Assembly: GCA_049724395.1 (NCBI GenBank)
Contig: JAUGWO010000084.1
Coordinates: 1 to 64,000, forward strand
DNA from: Spongospora subterranea f. sp. subterranea
Lineage: Eukaryota
Reading direction: 5' to 3'
DNA: 64,000 bases
Under the pieces are notes generated by a model. It was not told the origin of the DNA, searched no databases, and saw only the letters and a list, made by a program, of their open reading frames with translations. A program made the translations under genes and the position numbers. Shown here in pieces: positions 26,002 to 38,339 of the stretch (within the stretch, counting starts at the first letter, position 1; every line of letters starts with the position of its first letter).

Positions 26002-26778
26002 GATCCGTTTCAGGTCGTGATGAGAACTGGGTTCCGTTCAGCGAACGCTCACTCACTGCCCTGTTTCGTTACGATTGCTGTCCATGGAACAGGCCGCGCC
26101 GGATTCAGGATTACGGCGCGCATTTTGGTTTCCATTGTTATTTATAACGATGGGACGATTGATTGTGGTTCCCGCCTGACACTTCCTGGGAAATTGATTG
26201 TTAGTGATGGGCTTAAAATGCTGGATTTTGTGAACAAAGCGAGGATACTGTTTTCAAATGCTAACGTTCGCAATTCTGCTTGCCAAACGGCAACAATGCA
26301 TCAACCATTTTTATTCGCCCCAGTCAACGTTATGGTTTTGCGCTGCTGCAAAAGACATATATTTGCCTTTGAGGTGTCAGGTCCAATTATCTGACACGAT
26401 GTTAAATACGCTGTCCAGCAGAAAATCGGGATTATTTCGTTTGCAGCTATCATCCTGTCGAGCTGTTTTGGTACCTTGGCCTAAACGTTCGCGATAATAT
26501 CTCACACTCTGTATTGTACCATCCATTTTATCAAGGTGTTTGACAAAATGATGGTCCATTGGCTTTTATCGATATATCGAATTGAACTCAATTCAGGCCA
26601 CTTGTTTCGCTGTTGTCAGATACTGCAATATGAGCTTTGCTAAGCGGAAGTTCTACTGCAATAATTGGCAAAATATAATTAGTGGTCAAATAGTTTTTAC
26701 AGATGGAGATATCTTTATAATATGATTAGGCATTTGATTAATGAATGGCAAACGGATATATAAAATCGCGAACTTGGA

Positions 26779-27414
26779 TTAGCTGGGTGGTGATTTTTTT
26801 TGGAGATCAATGGTGTCCAACCTATATGGGACAATGATCGTGTCAGGAGGCTCACTTGATTGGTTCAACTCCGATCCGTCTTGAGTGAAATATGAGCATG
26901 GCCTATCATCACCGTATGGAGGGATGATTAGATCCAGGAATGCAGCGTCTTCAACTGATTTGATCGAATGAATATTGTGAATTTTGGGGCCGAGGTAGGA
27001 AGTAAGAGAACTGCAGGTGAGAACTTGATCATCGTGCCTTAGACATGATCCATACATCAATCCTGAACCAGATACCTTGGGCGAACGCTCATCCCAATCA
27101 TTAGCCGACACGACTACCTTGCCACATACAACGCGGGTAAGTACGACCATGTTCGGATGATCATGAGCTGGAATACTGGTGCCCTCAGGCATAATAAATA
27201 TTCCTAGGTCAAACAAATCGCAATGAAATAAATCCAGATACAGAACGCGGTCGGGATTATCAGGGAACTGAATGCCGATCGACGGAAACGATATCGAAGT
27301 ATCGTCCATCAGAGACTTGAGATGTCGGACTGTTTCTGGAGGGAGGGCAGTTAAATCGGGAACGGTGCCTAGACATGATTTGACCGCTTCGATCAGACCT
27401 GGCACAGACCGCAT
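26779..27414 (-). CDS. Thiol dioxygenase, cysteamine dioxygenase/plant cysteine oxidase (ADO/PCO) family, intronless
   Basis: IPAHDHPNMVVLTRVVCGKV, NIHSI and AFLDLIIPPY..DRPCSYF motifs. Confidence 0.9.
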   Translation of the reverse strand: MRSVPGLIEAVKSCLGTVPDLTALPPETVRHLKSLMDDTSISFPSIGIQFPDNPDRVLYLDLFHCDLFDLGIFIMPEGTSIPAHDHPNMVVLTRVVCGKVVVSANDWDERSPKVSGSGLMYGSCLRHDDQVLTCSSLTSYLGPKIHNIHSIKSVEDAAFLDLIIPPYGDDRPCSYFTQDGSELNQSSEPPDTIIVPYRLDTIDLQKKSPPS

Positions 27415-28018
27415 CCTCTTGGCAATATTGTCGCTCTAATATACCCCGTAACTGTCAGGAGATGTCCCTGGCGATATGGTCACAATGGAATTCTCCTCGA
27501 TATCAAGTCTACGCAAGGTATCAGATTCGCTCATTCAATTTGTGTATTTATTACTGTGGAATCCGACTGCCGTAATGATGGTTTATGATTTGCGAACATT
27601 TTGTCCTTTTTTACAGCAAACGACTTAGTGCAGTTCCGCCGTTATCAAAAGCGGATATTCAGTAAAAAGAATTTTGCGATCATTGTAGTCTATGGGAGCT
27701 GATGCCTGCTCATCAAAATCACAATCTATAAGTATAGTGAAGGGGCAACTTCTATCCGGCGACTCGCATGGGGGATGCCTTTCACAGATTGATTGTCCTT
27801 GATGACCTTGTACTGCTGTAGTTAACAGCTGCGCCGCCTTAACTCAGACCCAATGATGGTCAAATAATGCAGGATTACGCCCAAATTACATTCCATTCAA
27901 TGCACCAGTATCAAGTCTGATCAACGGAAACCGCACAGATGTAATTCCATTACCACCAATGGCCCGTTTGAATTGCCTTCATAGTAACTAATGAAGCCTC
28001 ATCAGAGAATCTGCTAAT

Positions 28019-28082
28019 CTGTTCAGTAGCCACATGGTGGTCGTTATGACTGTTCAGTAGCCACATGGTGGTCGTTATGACT
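28019..28082 (+). repeat. Exact tandem duplication of ~31 bp upstream of the aquaporin
   Basis: CTGTTCAGTAGCCACATGGTGGTCGTTATGA occurs twice in tandem. Confidence 0.9.
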
Positions 28083-28213
28083 CATTCCACGTGATGTTGA
28101 ATGTAGTTTCGCGTGCCTTACAGTTCTCCAGGCACACGCCAGCATAGTTGACCACCATTCTGCATTTTTCGCGGTATTTGATTGGCTTGATCCTGCCCAT
28201 TTCAAGTTCCGTT

Positions 28214-28960
28214 ATGTCGTTCCTAGACTTTGACCGAACACAGCTTCGAGCTATATTTGCCGAGTTCGTCGGCACGGCCGTGTTTCTACTTGGATCCACC
28301 CTAACGGTAACTAAGTCAGGCGGAGATCTGATGGCGATCGCCAGCGCTTTTGGCCTGACCCTGATCGTTGCCATCGCCATGACAGCTGCTGTATCCGGTG
28401 GCCATATCAACCCCGCCGTCACATTATCCATGATCTTGACCCGCAACATCCCACCCTTGGTGGCTCTCGGCTACATTATTGCCCAGCTCGCCGGGGGTGT
28501 ATTGGGCACGGCGATCGGTCGCCTTATCCTCCCCTCGCTCAAGGGTGCTCTGGAATTGGCCCCTAATGTCTCACCAGGAGGCGGATTTCTGGCCGAGGCA
28601 GCCGGCACGTTTATTCTGGTTTCTACAGTCTTCTCCATGGCAGTCCAGCCATCTGCAGGCGTCCAAACGAGTGATAAAGTCGCGTTTAGATCGCACGCCC
28701 CGTTGGTTATTGGCATGTCAGTATGGGCGATGCATCTGGCTTTAGTCGGAGTCGACGGATGTGGAATTAACCCAGCGCGATGGTTCGGAACCGCTGCCGT
28801 TCTCAATGGCTTTTCATCTCACTCGTGGATCTACATTCTGGGCCCGATGGTTGGAGCTGTTGTAGCGGCCGCAGCTCAGCTGTTGATGTTCGGACGCGTT
28901 CGACCCGATGACGAGGAAGTTGCAGCAGGAGCCCCCAGCCCCAAACCGCACAGTCCATAA
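28214..28960 (+). CDS. Aquaporin (MIP family), intronless
   Basis: AEFVGT, SGGHINPAVT and GINPARWFG (two NPA boxes), WIYILGPMVGA, six hydrophobic segments. Likely start at MSFLDFD. Confidence 0.95.
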   Translation: MSFLDFDRTQLRAIFAEFVGTAVFLLGSTLTVTKSGGDLMAIASAFGLTLIVAIAMTAAVSGGHINPAVTLSMILTRNIPPLVALGYIIAQLAGGVLGTAIGRLILPSLKGALELAPNVSPGGGFLAEAAGTFILVSTVFSMAVQPSAGVQTSDKVAFRSHAPLVIGMSVWAMHLALVGVDGCGINPARWFGTAAVLNGFSSHSWIYILGPMVGAVVAAAAQLLMFGRVRPDDEEVAAGAPSPKPHSP

Positions 28961-29061
28961 TCCCTGACCAAGCACAGATTTTATTTAACACCGCCCTAAC
29001 TAATAAATACCATGAAGATGAGGAACCCTCTGCCACGTTTGTGTTGTTATCACATCAGTGA

Positions 29062-29484
29062 TCACTCCCCCATATTGTCATGATCTTTATTGGAATATAC
29101 ACGACATCGGGTCAGCAACTCCTCGCCGCCTTTCTCCAGCAACTCCTCAATGCGCTTTTTCCCTCCGACGCACAACATATCCACAAAAAGGAACGGCATT
29201 TCGTCTGGATGGTCTAATCTGTTTTTCAGGATATGGATCACGGCTTGTCCATCTGCTCGAGCGTCTAGCTTGTATTGTTTGAAATTGATGTTGTTGGAAG
29301 TGAACAGATCAGATAACGTATCTGATAATTTATCTTTATGGCTGTTGATATGCAAGTCTTAGAGCTCTAGCAGATCATGATCGAATAACCTCATATACCT
29401 AAACAGTACAACAGTTGAGCTCGCTAGAAACTCGTCAACGGCGATATCGATTGGGCTGGCAGCGGTTGATGTACCGCAACCCAT
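29062..29484 (-). CDS. Glutaredoxin-fold protein with N-terminal MGCG acylation motif (2 exons)
   Basis: Exon 1 reads MGCGTSTAASPIDIAVDEFLASSTVVLF. Exon 2 reads ...LDARADGQAV...MPFLFVDMLCVGG...LEKG, with the Grx cis-Pro and GG motifs. Confidence 0.65.
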
Positions 29485-29891
29485 TCATGTGAGTATCATA
29501 TCAAAACATACCCCAAACGGGTTGATTACTATCGGTAAATATCTGATGATCGCGCCTAATACTTCTGGAACAGTACCACATTGAATATTGACGAGTTCCA
29601 AAACAGATATTGCGCGTGTGTCCTTCCCTGGTTATTATTTGGACAATCACGTCGTGATTACCATGCAATGAAGCAACAAATAGGAAGAAATGCAGTACGG
29701 TATTTATTTATATCACTGGTGTCGTGTTGCTCCAAATGGCAGAACGATCATTGTTACTAAATGTGCGGTGGGTTTTGCGCGGTGCAAATGACTACCGGTA
29801 GGAGAATTTACATGTTAGAGCGATTGTGATACGATTGGGCTGCATTTACACACCGCCCACTGGTGTATCGTAGTCACGGTGTAATCGGCAG

Positions 29892-30901
29892 CTTGGCGAT
29901 GGCGTCATTATCGCCGTCAGATTCAGCTCCGTCAGATTCAGAGTCATCGTGGTCGTTTTCATTGTCGCCAGATTCATCGTCATCATCAGAGCTGGAACCG
30001 GAATCTTCTTCATACTCATCTTTCTCAGACGAATCGTCGCCTGCAGTGTCGATCAGAGTGTCGATCAGAGGCAGGACCTCTCCGTCACCATGTCGGTCGA
30101 CATCGCCTTCTCCGACACAAAGTCGGTCGACATCGCGTTCTCCGTCACCATGCCGATCGGCATCGCCTGTTTCTACGTCTTGCCCTGTATGCTTGTCGTC
30201 TTCTCTTGTATGCCCGACATGGTCCACAGTCTCGTGTCGCCATGCATTTTGTCGTCAATGCATCATTGCGTGGATTAGGCGTCGACAGACATGTCCCATT
30301 TGCAGAATTACCACGACCATGTACGCTGCGTATTTTGTCCAAAGCCATCGTCTGTTGTCTTATGCAGTCAAAATAGGGACACCATTTGTCGAGTCGGAAG
30401 TAAACCTCCTTCAACGACGACCGAGTCTCTGTTTAACTGGAGGCAGTCAATATATAAGCGAGGCAATGGCAATAGTCGTAGTGATGGCAGAGCCTGATTT
30501 TAAGTACATAGGGGTTCAGGCCATCCCTCCGCCATCGTATAACGGTCCGCCATCCCTGCAGCAGCTGTCCAGAGATGATGTTCAATTATGGGTTCGTCCT
30601 TTCTGTAGTGACGCGACAGGTATTTCTCTAATTGGTGTTTCAGATCAGGAGAGAAATCATGGCTTTGAGTAACGAGGCGGATTCCTCTTTATCTTACACG
30701 ACGTCGGCCGTTTGCCGAGTGCTATCTGAAGCGAGGACGTTAGGGCAGGACGCCTCGATTCGTATATTGTCCGTTTTTCTGCATGATATACCGTCGATTT
30801 CACTTTTTATCCACGAAGTCAGTTGCAGAGCTGCCAGTTTACTGGACAATGCTACTTATGATAGGTTGGCAGTAAAATTGCCTAACTCCAACGCAAGCTA
30901 A
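29892..30901 (+). CDS. TOPORS/PSH1-like RING E3 ubiquitin ligase with Ser-rich N-terminus (intron ~30593-30643)
   Basis: C3HC4 RING CPVC...CRHAFCRQCIIAW....CPICR. Spliced C-terminal W/IRRE...LFIHEVS..AS...YD pattern of TOPORS-like proteins. Confidence 0.75.
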
Positions 30902-31115
30902 TTTGGTTGAATAGCTATTGCCGATACCGATCACCTGCTGGCCCTATCGTCGATTCTGAATATCCTGGTGAACGACCACGTCAACAAAAACGAAGAAGGC
31001 GCCGTTAAAGATACTAGCTGTCGATGATCTTTTTGCGTTTTTTTTTATTGTCGTATTTATGTATTATAAAAGGTTTGTTATTTAGCAGATAATTGCCTTT
31101 GTGACCCTTAGGACG

Positions 31116-33312
31116 TCAGATTTCACCGTTATTATCGATTTTGTTGTATTCGACCCAATTATGTGCAATGGGGGCAGACAATACATGTTCCGGTATTCCA
31201 AATCCTTCGCACAATGCCAGCGAGTCTTTCCCAAGCACTGCGCAAAGGTTGCGACTGTCACTTTGAATCTGGACAACATTTAGCTCTTTCCATCATTCAA
31301 GATTTATCTTTTGCCAAAATACCTCGAGACCTTCCTCGGCATTAACCAGTTTGTTGCATACAAGCCATCCCAACTGGTTTTCGATAGCGTCTAATACGAA
31401 AAGAGCCCGGAGTTTGGACAGTATGGCCGCTGTAGCGGGATCACTTTTTTGTTGTGATGATATGACCAACTGAAATTGCTCATCGACTATTCTTTCAGTA
31501 TATGCCAATGCCAACATTTGGACGGTGTCTGATTGCTTCTTCATCCAGATATCAAACATGCTCTCTTTGGAGTCTTTCATCGCAGCACCTAACTGCTGAA
31601 GGAGTAGTTTCTCCCGATCAACCAATATATCTGTTAACCGCGATCAAACCCCACACATAGAATGTGCAACATTCAGTTACGGCTATGCTTATAGTCTCCG
31701 GCTACGCCAAATTTGTGTTTGCCGTGGCGAACGCGATCGAGAATCTCTTTGGCAACCTTCTGCCAAAGGACTCGGTTGTCACCCTCGGCCGTCAGTCCTA
31801 AAACAACATTGATACTGGTCTGATTTCAATTCGCCTCCGGTCTTACCAGCATGCGCAAAACCAATGATTTGCCCGATTTGATTGGCAGAGAGATAGCCTT
31901 GCCCACCACACCTGCGCCCGTTGTTGAATACTGCTTTCCTGTTTCGGTGAAAATTACTTACCGTTCACGTGATACGGTTGCACATCGTTCCCCGTGCCAC
32001 GCCACAATTGGCTTAACCGCGCAGCATAATAAAACGATCTCTTGGTGATCGTTGACATCTCCCAATACTCCCGAGTACCTGTCCTTCACAAACTCGAGAC
32101 CGATGTTCAATGCATACGTCCTTGCAATCAAGGGCATTAGTGCTCGCTGTTGTAGTTGGTAATGGAGAGTTGGCGTATCTGAGCGACCAGTCGGCCCAAC
32201 AGTTAGCCGTGTTGCTGCGTAGCGCACAGCAACCGCTAAAGACACTTTGCATACTCCCATCATCATTGAGGCGATGCAAATACGACCCGATAAGAGCTGA
32301 TCTGCCACTTTCAAGAAGCGATCCCGGATTTGCGGAATCGAACTGGTGAATTCCCCTACAAAACAGAAGCGATTGAGAAATCTGATTCCAGAGGAAACGC
32401 GTGGTGATGACCTGATGGTGACACGTCCGAATATTTATTCAGAAGATTGTCGCGAGGAATGCGAACGTTTTCGAACCAAAGTTTTCCGTTATCAACACCG
32501 TTCAAAGCAATCTTATGACCCATGTCTTCTACTCGTACTCCTTTACAAATCGAATGATCCTCATTTCGGATTCGAACAACGAAAGCATGAACTCCATAAT
32601 GCTTTTCGGAAACGTACAATTGTGCAAACACAACACACCATTTCGCGTGTACCGCTACAATATGTTTAGTTTTTTGTTCAACACAATCAGGCAATTGCAT
32701 ACCGGAGTTGGTGATCCAATACTTTTGCGCCAACGACGATGGAGTGTTGATAATAAATTCCTGCGTTGCGATATCATAGACCGCAGTCGTCTCCATCTCA
32801 ACAGCGTTGTTTCCGTAACCCAGTTCGGTTAATCCGAAACATCCAATCACTTCTAGGCTATCTATACCTTTGAGATACAGATCATGATGCCGTTTCGTGC
32901 CTAGTTTGAGAACAGTTCCCCCGAATAGGTTAAACTGAACCGTCATTTTTGTAGCACAGCTTCCGTCTCTCATTCCTGTTAGCTCATGGCATGCAAATAT
33001 ACGACGAGGATCTTTCCAGAAGTCAAGAACGGAGATATATTTGGCTTCGCAAATGCGCTGCAATCGCTCAAGCGCAACTTCCCGTTCCATCCGCATTGAA
33101 ATGTTGTATCTTGGGGTAAATATCGGATGGCGAAGGAACGCTCGCAGCGAATCTCGCATTTCATGATTGGAATGATCAAGGATCTTCTTCAGCGCAGCTG
33201 GAGAGAACGACGTGGTAGCAGCAAGTGCATTCTCCCGCAGCCGGTCGGGATCGACATCACCAGCACAAATTTGTGCCGACAACTGCGAGACTCGATGATG
33301 AGATGTTAGCAT
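31116..33312 (-). CDS. Peroxisomal acyl-CoA oxidase (multi-exon)
   Basis: [64 protein letters not shown] and C-terminal [15 protein letters not shown] motifs. Confidence 0.93.
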
Positions 33313-33659
33313 TGCTGATACCAGTAAAGAGAAAGCCAACAAACTGACGAAATAAGCCCTGTTTCCACTTATGGTTGAGCACTCGCACTGATGCTGTGAG
33401 AGCAACCAGTCGTGGCGCTGTTTATGTTATTGGTGTGTGGAGTCAGCTCGCCGTACACAGGATGCAGTCGCCACTTTGAGCCACTTTGCCGGACCCCGAA
33501 CCCAATCCGACCCAATTGACTGTTTGGCACCGGTTCGCTTGATGTGACCATAGTTGGGAAAGCATTAATGAACAAGCAATATGCTTCCGTCGAAAGGAAA
33601 CACCAACATAAACAATTCAATAACCCGTCAACTGTTTTCTCGATTTCTATTTATCGTTG

Positions 33660-34510
33660 TTTCAAACGAGGGGTCCTCAAATTCTTTGCCGCCCGCGTCT
33701 AGCGATGAGCGACTGAAAAAGCATATTGCCCATAGATTTACCGAGAGGAGAGTATGCGATATTTTTCAAGGAAACCGATTGACAAAACACGATTCATTTC
33801 TCTGAACGCCTTCAATCGCGCTCGAAGATTACTTCATTGCCCATTCACGGAAATCTTCAATCCGCCTGCTCGGGCACAGACTTAGGTCGATCAGATGATT
33901 CCGGTGCTGATATGTGAAGGAAGATGAACGTGAACGATCAGTTCTGGTCGAGACATCCTGTCAATGAGTGACAATCACAGTCGAAGTTCAACAGTTCTCT
34001 CAGCATCAATTTCTGCGATATTCAGTATTCTGTTTACCTGTTCAAGGAATATCAAATGGCAGGAAATCGTGGCAGGTATGATATAGAGTAATTCGAGCTC
34101 GTACGAGATCCCTGGCAATCATCGTTTTTTGTTTTCCAGACCATCAAAAAGGCGACGAACAGTCCAAGATGAGTTGGGCCGTTATCGTCAGATTGAGCTC
34201 AGCGTTCTGAAGTTCGTTAAAAATACGATCGTGACCATAATGTCCAAGAAACCTTACCGCAAAAAGAAGAGGTGAGGAGGCAATGACGCAATACAATCAA
34301 AAGATTTATGTATTTAGGGATAAACGAGCTAACACTGAACGGACGGAGTCGGCATCACCAGATACAAATTTGTCGGAGAACGCAACGACTAATGGGAAAG
34401 GCGATGAGCTAGCCGATTTCATCATAGCAGATCAAAGGAGCGATCGGGAGTGGCTAACGGGATTATCAGCGACAGAATACCCTGTGGGACATGGTCAATC
34501 GCATCATTAG
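33660..34510 (+). CDS. Hypothetical spliced gene or genes, no recognised domain
   Basis: Short open segments bounded by GT-AG, e.g. MSKKPYRKKKR/DKRANTE... The gene structure is uncertain. Confidence 0.25.
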
Positions 34511-35046
34511 AGCTGAACACGAAATATGATGATAAAGGTCATCATGCTATTATCAACTGATGAATAAACACACCATCATAAGACGCCCTTCAACCACTAC
34601 TTGTTTTTGGTCAGTCATTCCGTGGTAAAAAAACAGACATTGGTGTTTTGTCATTTTTAGAAGTCTTCGGGGCTAACTTCGTCGTTGTGTTTTTTTCAAC
34701 GTTTGAGTTCGGGAAAGCCGGAACAGTTTTCGAACAACTGCCACCGAGAACCGATAATAGACGCTTTCTTAAGCGAACCTCAGAATGTTTCAAGGATGAT
34801 TGGATAAATTTATCAACACTTCACTCGCAATGACCACAGAGTGAAACCTTGATCAGAAACAAGAGCCCAAATGGTATTGCCACTGAATGATCGCGCGTCG
34901 AAAACCCCGCCTGTGTCTGTAGTTGGTGTCCGCACCCAACCTTTGTGTCATGAGCCTTGGTTGAGAGCGGGTGGTGTTGTTCTACCAGACGAGTTGAGTC
35001 TGTGTCAGATCAGGTGTGGGCTCATCCCCTTGTATCATGTCTCATA

Positions 35047-38000
35047 TGGTCATGCACCGTTCTCCTGTCATCATATTCTTCGCCGTTACCTTCATTATCA
35101 TATCGTTATCGGCTGTTGATGCGCTCTATGAACACCATATTGGGGAATACGATTGGTCGGCGATTAACGTCGATGACCCATGCCCATCCCTGATTTTTGT
35201 TTTCAGGTCGCATCGGTCGGTGGGACTGATCAGGTCGTCAATTATCCATGATCGTGAGGTTGTCGTCTGTACGGACGATGGTGTTTTAGCCTCTCTGGAT
35301 ATCAATAATGGCTCTATAATATGGCGCCAGCTATTACCACAATACGAGGCCATATTAGGGATGGGCCTAGATAAACGTCGCAAACGTGTTTATTCTATCT
35401 CATCCTCTGATAACTCTTTCCTCTATCCCAATCTCGCTGCCTGGTATTTGCTAGGAACCTGGACACATAATTGATGGCTAATTTGATAAGTGTGTTTATA
35501 GGTCGTTAGATAACGGGTCTTTACAGAAGATGACAAGGTCGTTTCGTCATTCTGACAACCACAATCATACCTCGGATCGGTACGACATTGTGTTTGGGTC
35601 TACATTAGTTATCGCTTGGTCGGGTACAGCTATCCATGCTTACAACGCCATTACTGCTGAGCATGTATATTCTTGGACCCACAACCGTGATGATGCTATA
35701 TTATATGTCTCCACGCGTCCATCTCCTAGCAATTACGTTGATATACTCTGCGGTAATGAGGGCTCGGTATGGTTCTATGCTATTAACGATCTGGGAGAAA
35801 CATCGTCTGCAATTTCGCATCAGTTCGATAAGAATAGGTTAGCGAATTTGATTTCAAAGATGCGCCGAATCGCGAACTAATCACCTTTAGTGTTGCAATT
35901 GGATTATCTGGGTCATACGCGGCAATACTATCCTCTTCGACAATTTACGGGATTTCATCGTCTTCTCAGCAAACACCTCCTATTTTGTATGAACACCTTG
36001 AACCGTTCCCTCCTCAAATACGTCGTGTCGATCAGCGAGTCATCATGATCCAGTCTTCTACTGGAAGCTGTCGTTTCATCAATTTAACGTCGTCTGATTC
36101 TTCGTATGTCTTACCGTTTACTGGTTCCCACGCTATCGTCTCTGGTCGACAGTTATTGTCGCAGACCAAGTCTGAGGTTCTTACCACGTGTCGATTTTCA
36201 ACTCTTTAGCTAACGCCACTGCAGATACGTATCGCATCACTTGATTCCACGCCCTCTGTTTTCCAATATAATATGGATGATCATGGCAATGTTACTTCGT
36301 TCATTTGTCACCAGGATCTATGCGCAATCACTTCGTCTGATAGTAGCTACTCTATCCTTGATACAGAAGTAGTTTCTGCTTTTTCGTCCCCTGTTTTCGC
36401 GTCTGATTGATTGAATAGAGGCATCTGTTATCAAGTTCACTAGAGAAGAAGGTCTTGCATATCCGACCTGTTTTTTGATGGCGGACTATCCCCGGGTGAA
36501 GTGAGTCGGCCTAATGTTATCGTTGTTTTCAATATTTACAAGTATGTATCAGAGAGTTATCGAACGAGTTTCCTCCCTTAATCCAAGATCGGATAAAGAT
36601 GCAAATGAAAATGATAACGTCGTTTGTCAGTAATGCCATCAGCTCTGTGCAAAAGTAACGTCATGGTTTGGAGCGTGCCGTACCAATTTTGAATGTGGGT
36701 TTGTGACCATAGAACATCTTTGGCGACGCTTTTATCCAGTAAAAATGCTCTTCCCTTTGATAGCACGTCACTGGGGGTTCGAAAAGTTGTTATTGTTGTA
36801 TCGAAGATGAAAGTATTTGGTTTATGCAGCCTCTCCGGACGAATTCTCTGGTCATTATTTCTTGGACCATTTCACGTTTCTGGCGAGTACATGAACGTAT
36901 TTTTGATCCCTGATATTATCGTTGTAACAAAGCGAAACATATTACAGCTTGATATTCTCACAGGTTGTCCTTCGTTACTTACTTCTTTCAAACAGATACG
37001 CTAAGTTCTTTCTAGGGGCTATACTACATCAATTCACTGTGAAGTCCGACATAGTCGCAGGTGTTCTTTTCCCAATTCCGCAATCAGTTCGTCGTTCATT
37101 CCTGTCACTTTCTACACGTTCAGGTTTGTACTATCAAAGGTATCATGCTCTAGTGACTTTCTTCACAGGGGCAGTAATTTTTCCTGACTATATATTGCCA
37201 TCCTCGATATCATCATGGTATCCGGATGGACTGTATTTTCATCACGCCGTTTTGTCGGATAATGCCATACAAGGAATTCATCTAACCATTTCGAATGACG
37301 TCAGAATGCTTGCGTTCCTCCAGTCAATTGTGGGCTAAAAGTTCTATCCAGACTATTGATGCTGATATTGAATGGCGTTATGCTTTGCCGTCCTCCGTAG
37401 TTCTTCGTTGCAGTGCGTGCAATGATCCTGAAGAACACATTCCTCAGCCAGCCATTGTCAGAAATGGCCAAGCAGTATTCAAATATTTTGGACGATCATT
37501 TCGCGCTGTTCTGACGTCGTTTGGCACAACGTTATCACTTGTGATCATGGACAGCATAACAGGGTTTGTGCTGCACCAGAATGAGCATCCACACTGTGCC
37601 TCAACAATGGGGTCTGTTCACCTTGTTGTTGTCGAAAATTTGGTCGTGTATTCTTTCTATAACTCTCGCAATATGCATTTCCACATTGCATCGGTCGAGT
37701 TATATCATTCGGGTAGGTTTTTATATCATTGTCCCTTATCATCCGGATTTGGCTAAGTTGCAAATCAGATTTTGCGTCACAAAGCTTTATATTTCCACAT
37801 GCAATCTGCGCTTTAGGTGCAACTAAAACGGCTCATGGCGTTTCGAATAAACAAGTATGCCACTCTTATTTTTCCTCGTACTAATTCTCACGTTGTGTTG
37901 TGTAGATTATCATCGGAATCTGCACTGGCCAGCTATATCTGTTTGAACCATTAACTGCTCAATTTGCAAGCAGTGTATTATCTCCACTGATTCACGTCAA

Positions 38001-38322
38001 CGCTTTGTCCATTATCAACTACAACAGCTCGATTGGAAGATTAAGGTTTATCCGCTTCAAGCGTTTATTTGCGAAAACGTTAACTTTTCATCTGCCTAGC
38101 TCGATAATCGCTTCGCCAACCGAATTGGAATCCGCAAGCGTGGTGGCAGGTTACGGTTTAGATATATTCGTTACTAGAGTGCATCCATCGGGGTCTTTCG
38201 ACATCCTCGATCCCGATTTTAACCTTCCTTTCTTACTAGCTACGGTTGCGATTGTCGGAACAGGCATTTTATTTGCAGCTCAAATGGTGAATACGAAACA
38301 TGTTTCATCGGTGTGGGTTTAG
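35047..38322 (+). CDS. EMC1: ER membrane protein complex subunit 1 (multi-exon)
   Basis: Signal peptide followed by ALYEHHIGEYDW; PQQ-like G.LASLD..NGSIIWRQ; C-terminal PTELESASVVAGYGLDIFVTRVHPSGSFDILDPDFN plus a TM helix. Confidence 0.92.
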
Positions 38323-38339
38323 AATAAATTGTCGATTAA

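Noticed and set aside
26017..26600. Small ORFs between MRE11 and ADO
   Set aside because: No recognisable domain. A small gene cannot be excluded but is unsupported.
29874..30227. Acidic minus-strand ORF
   Set aside because: Antisense shadow of the Ser-rich RING gene.
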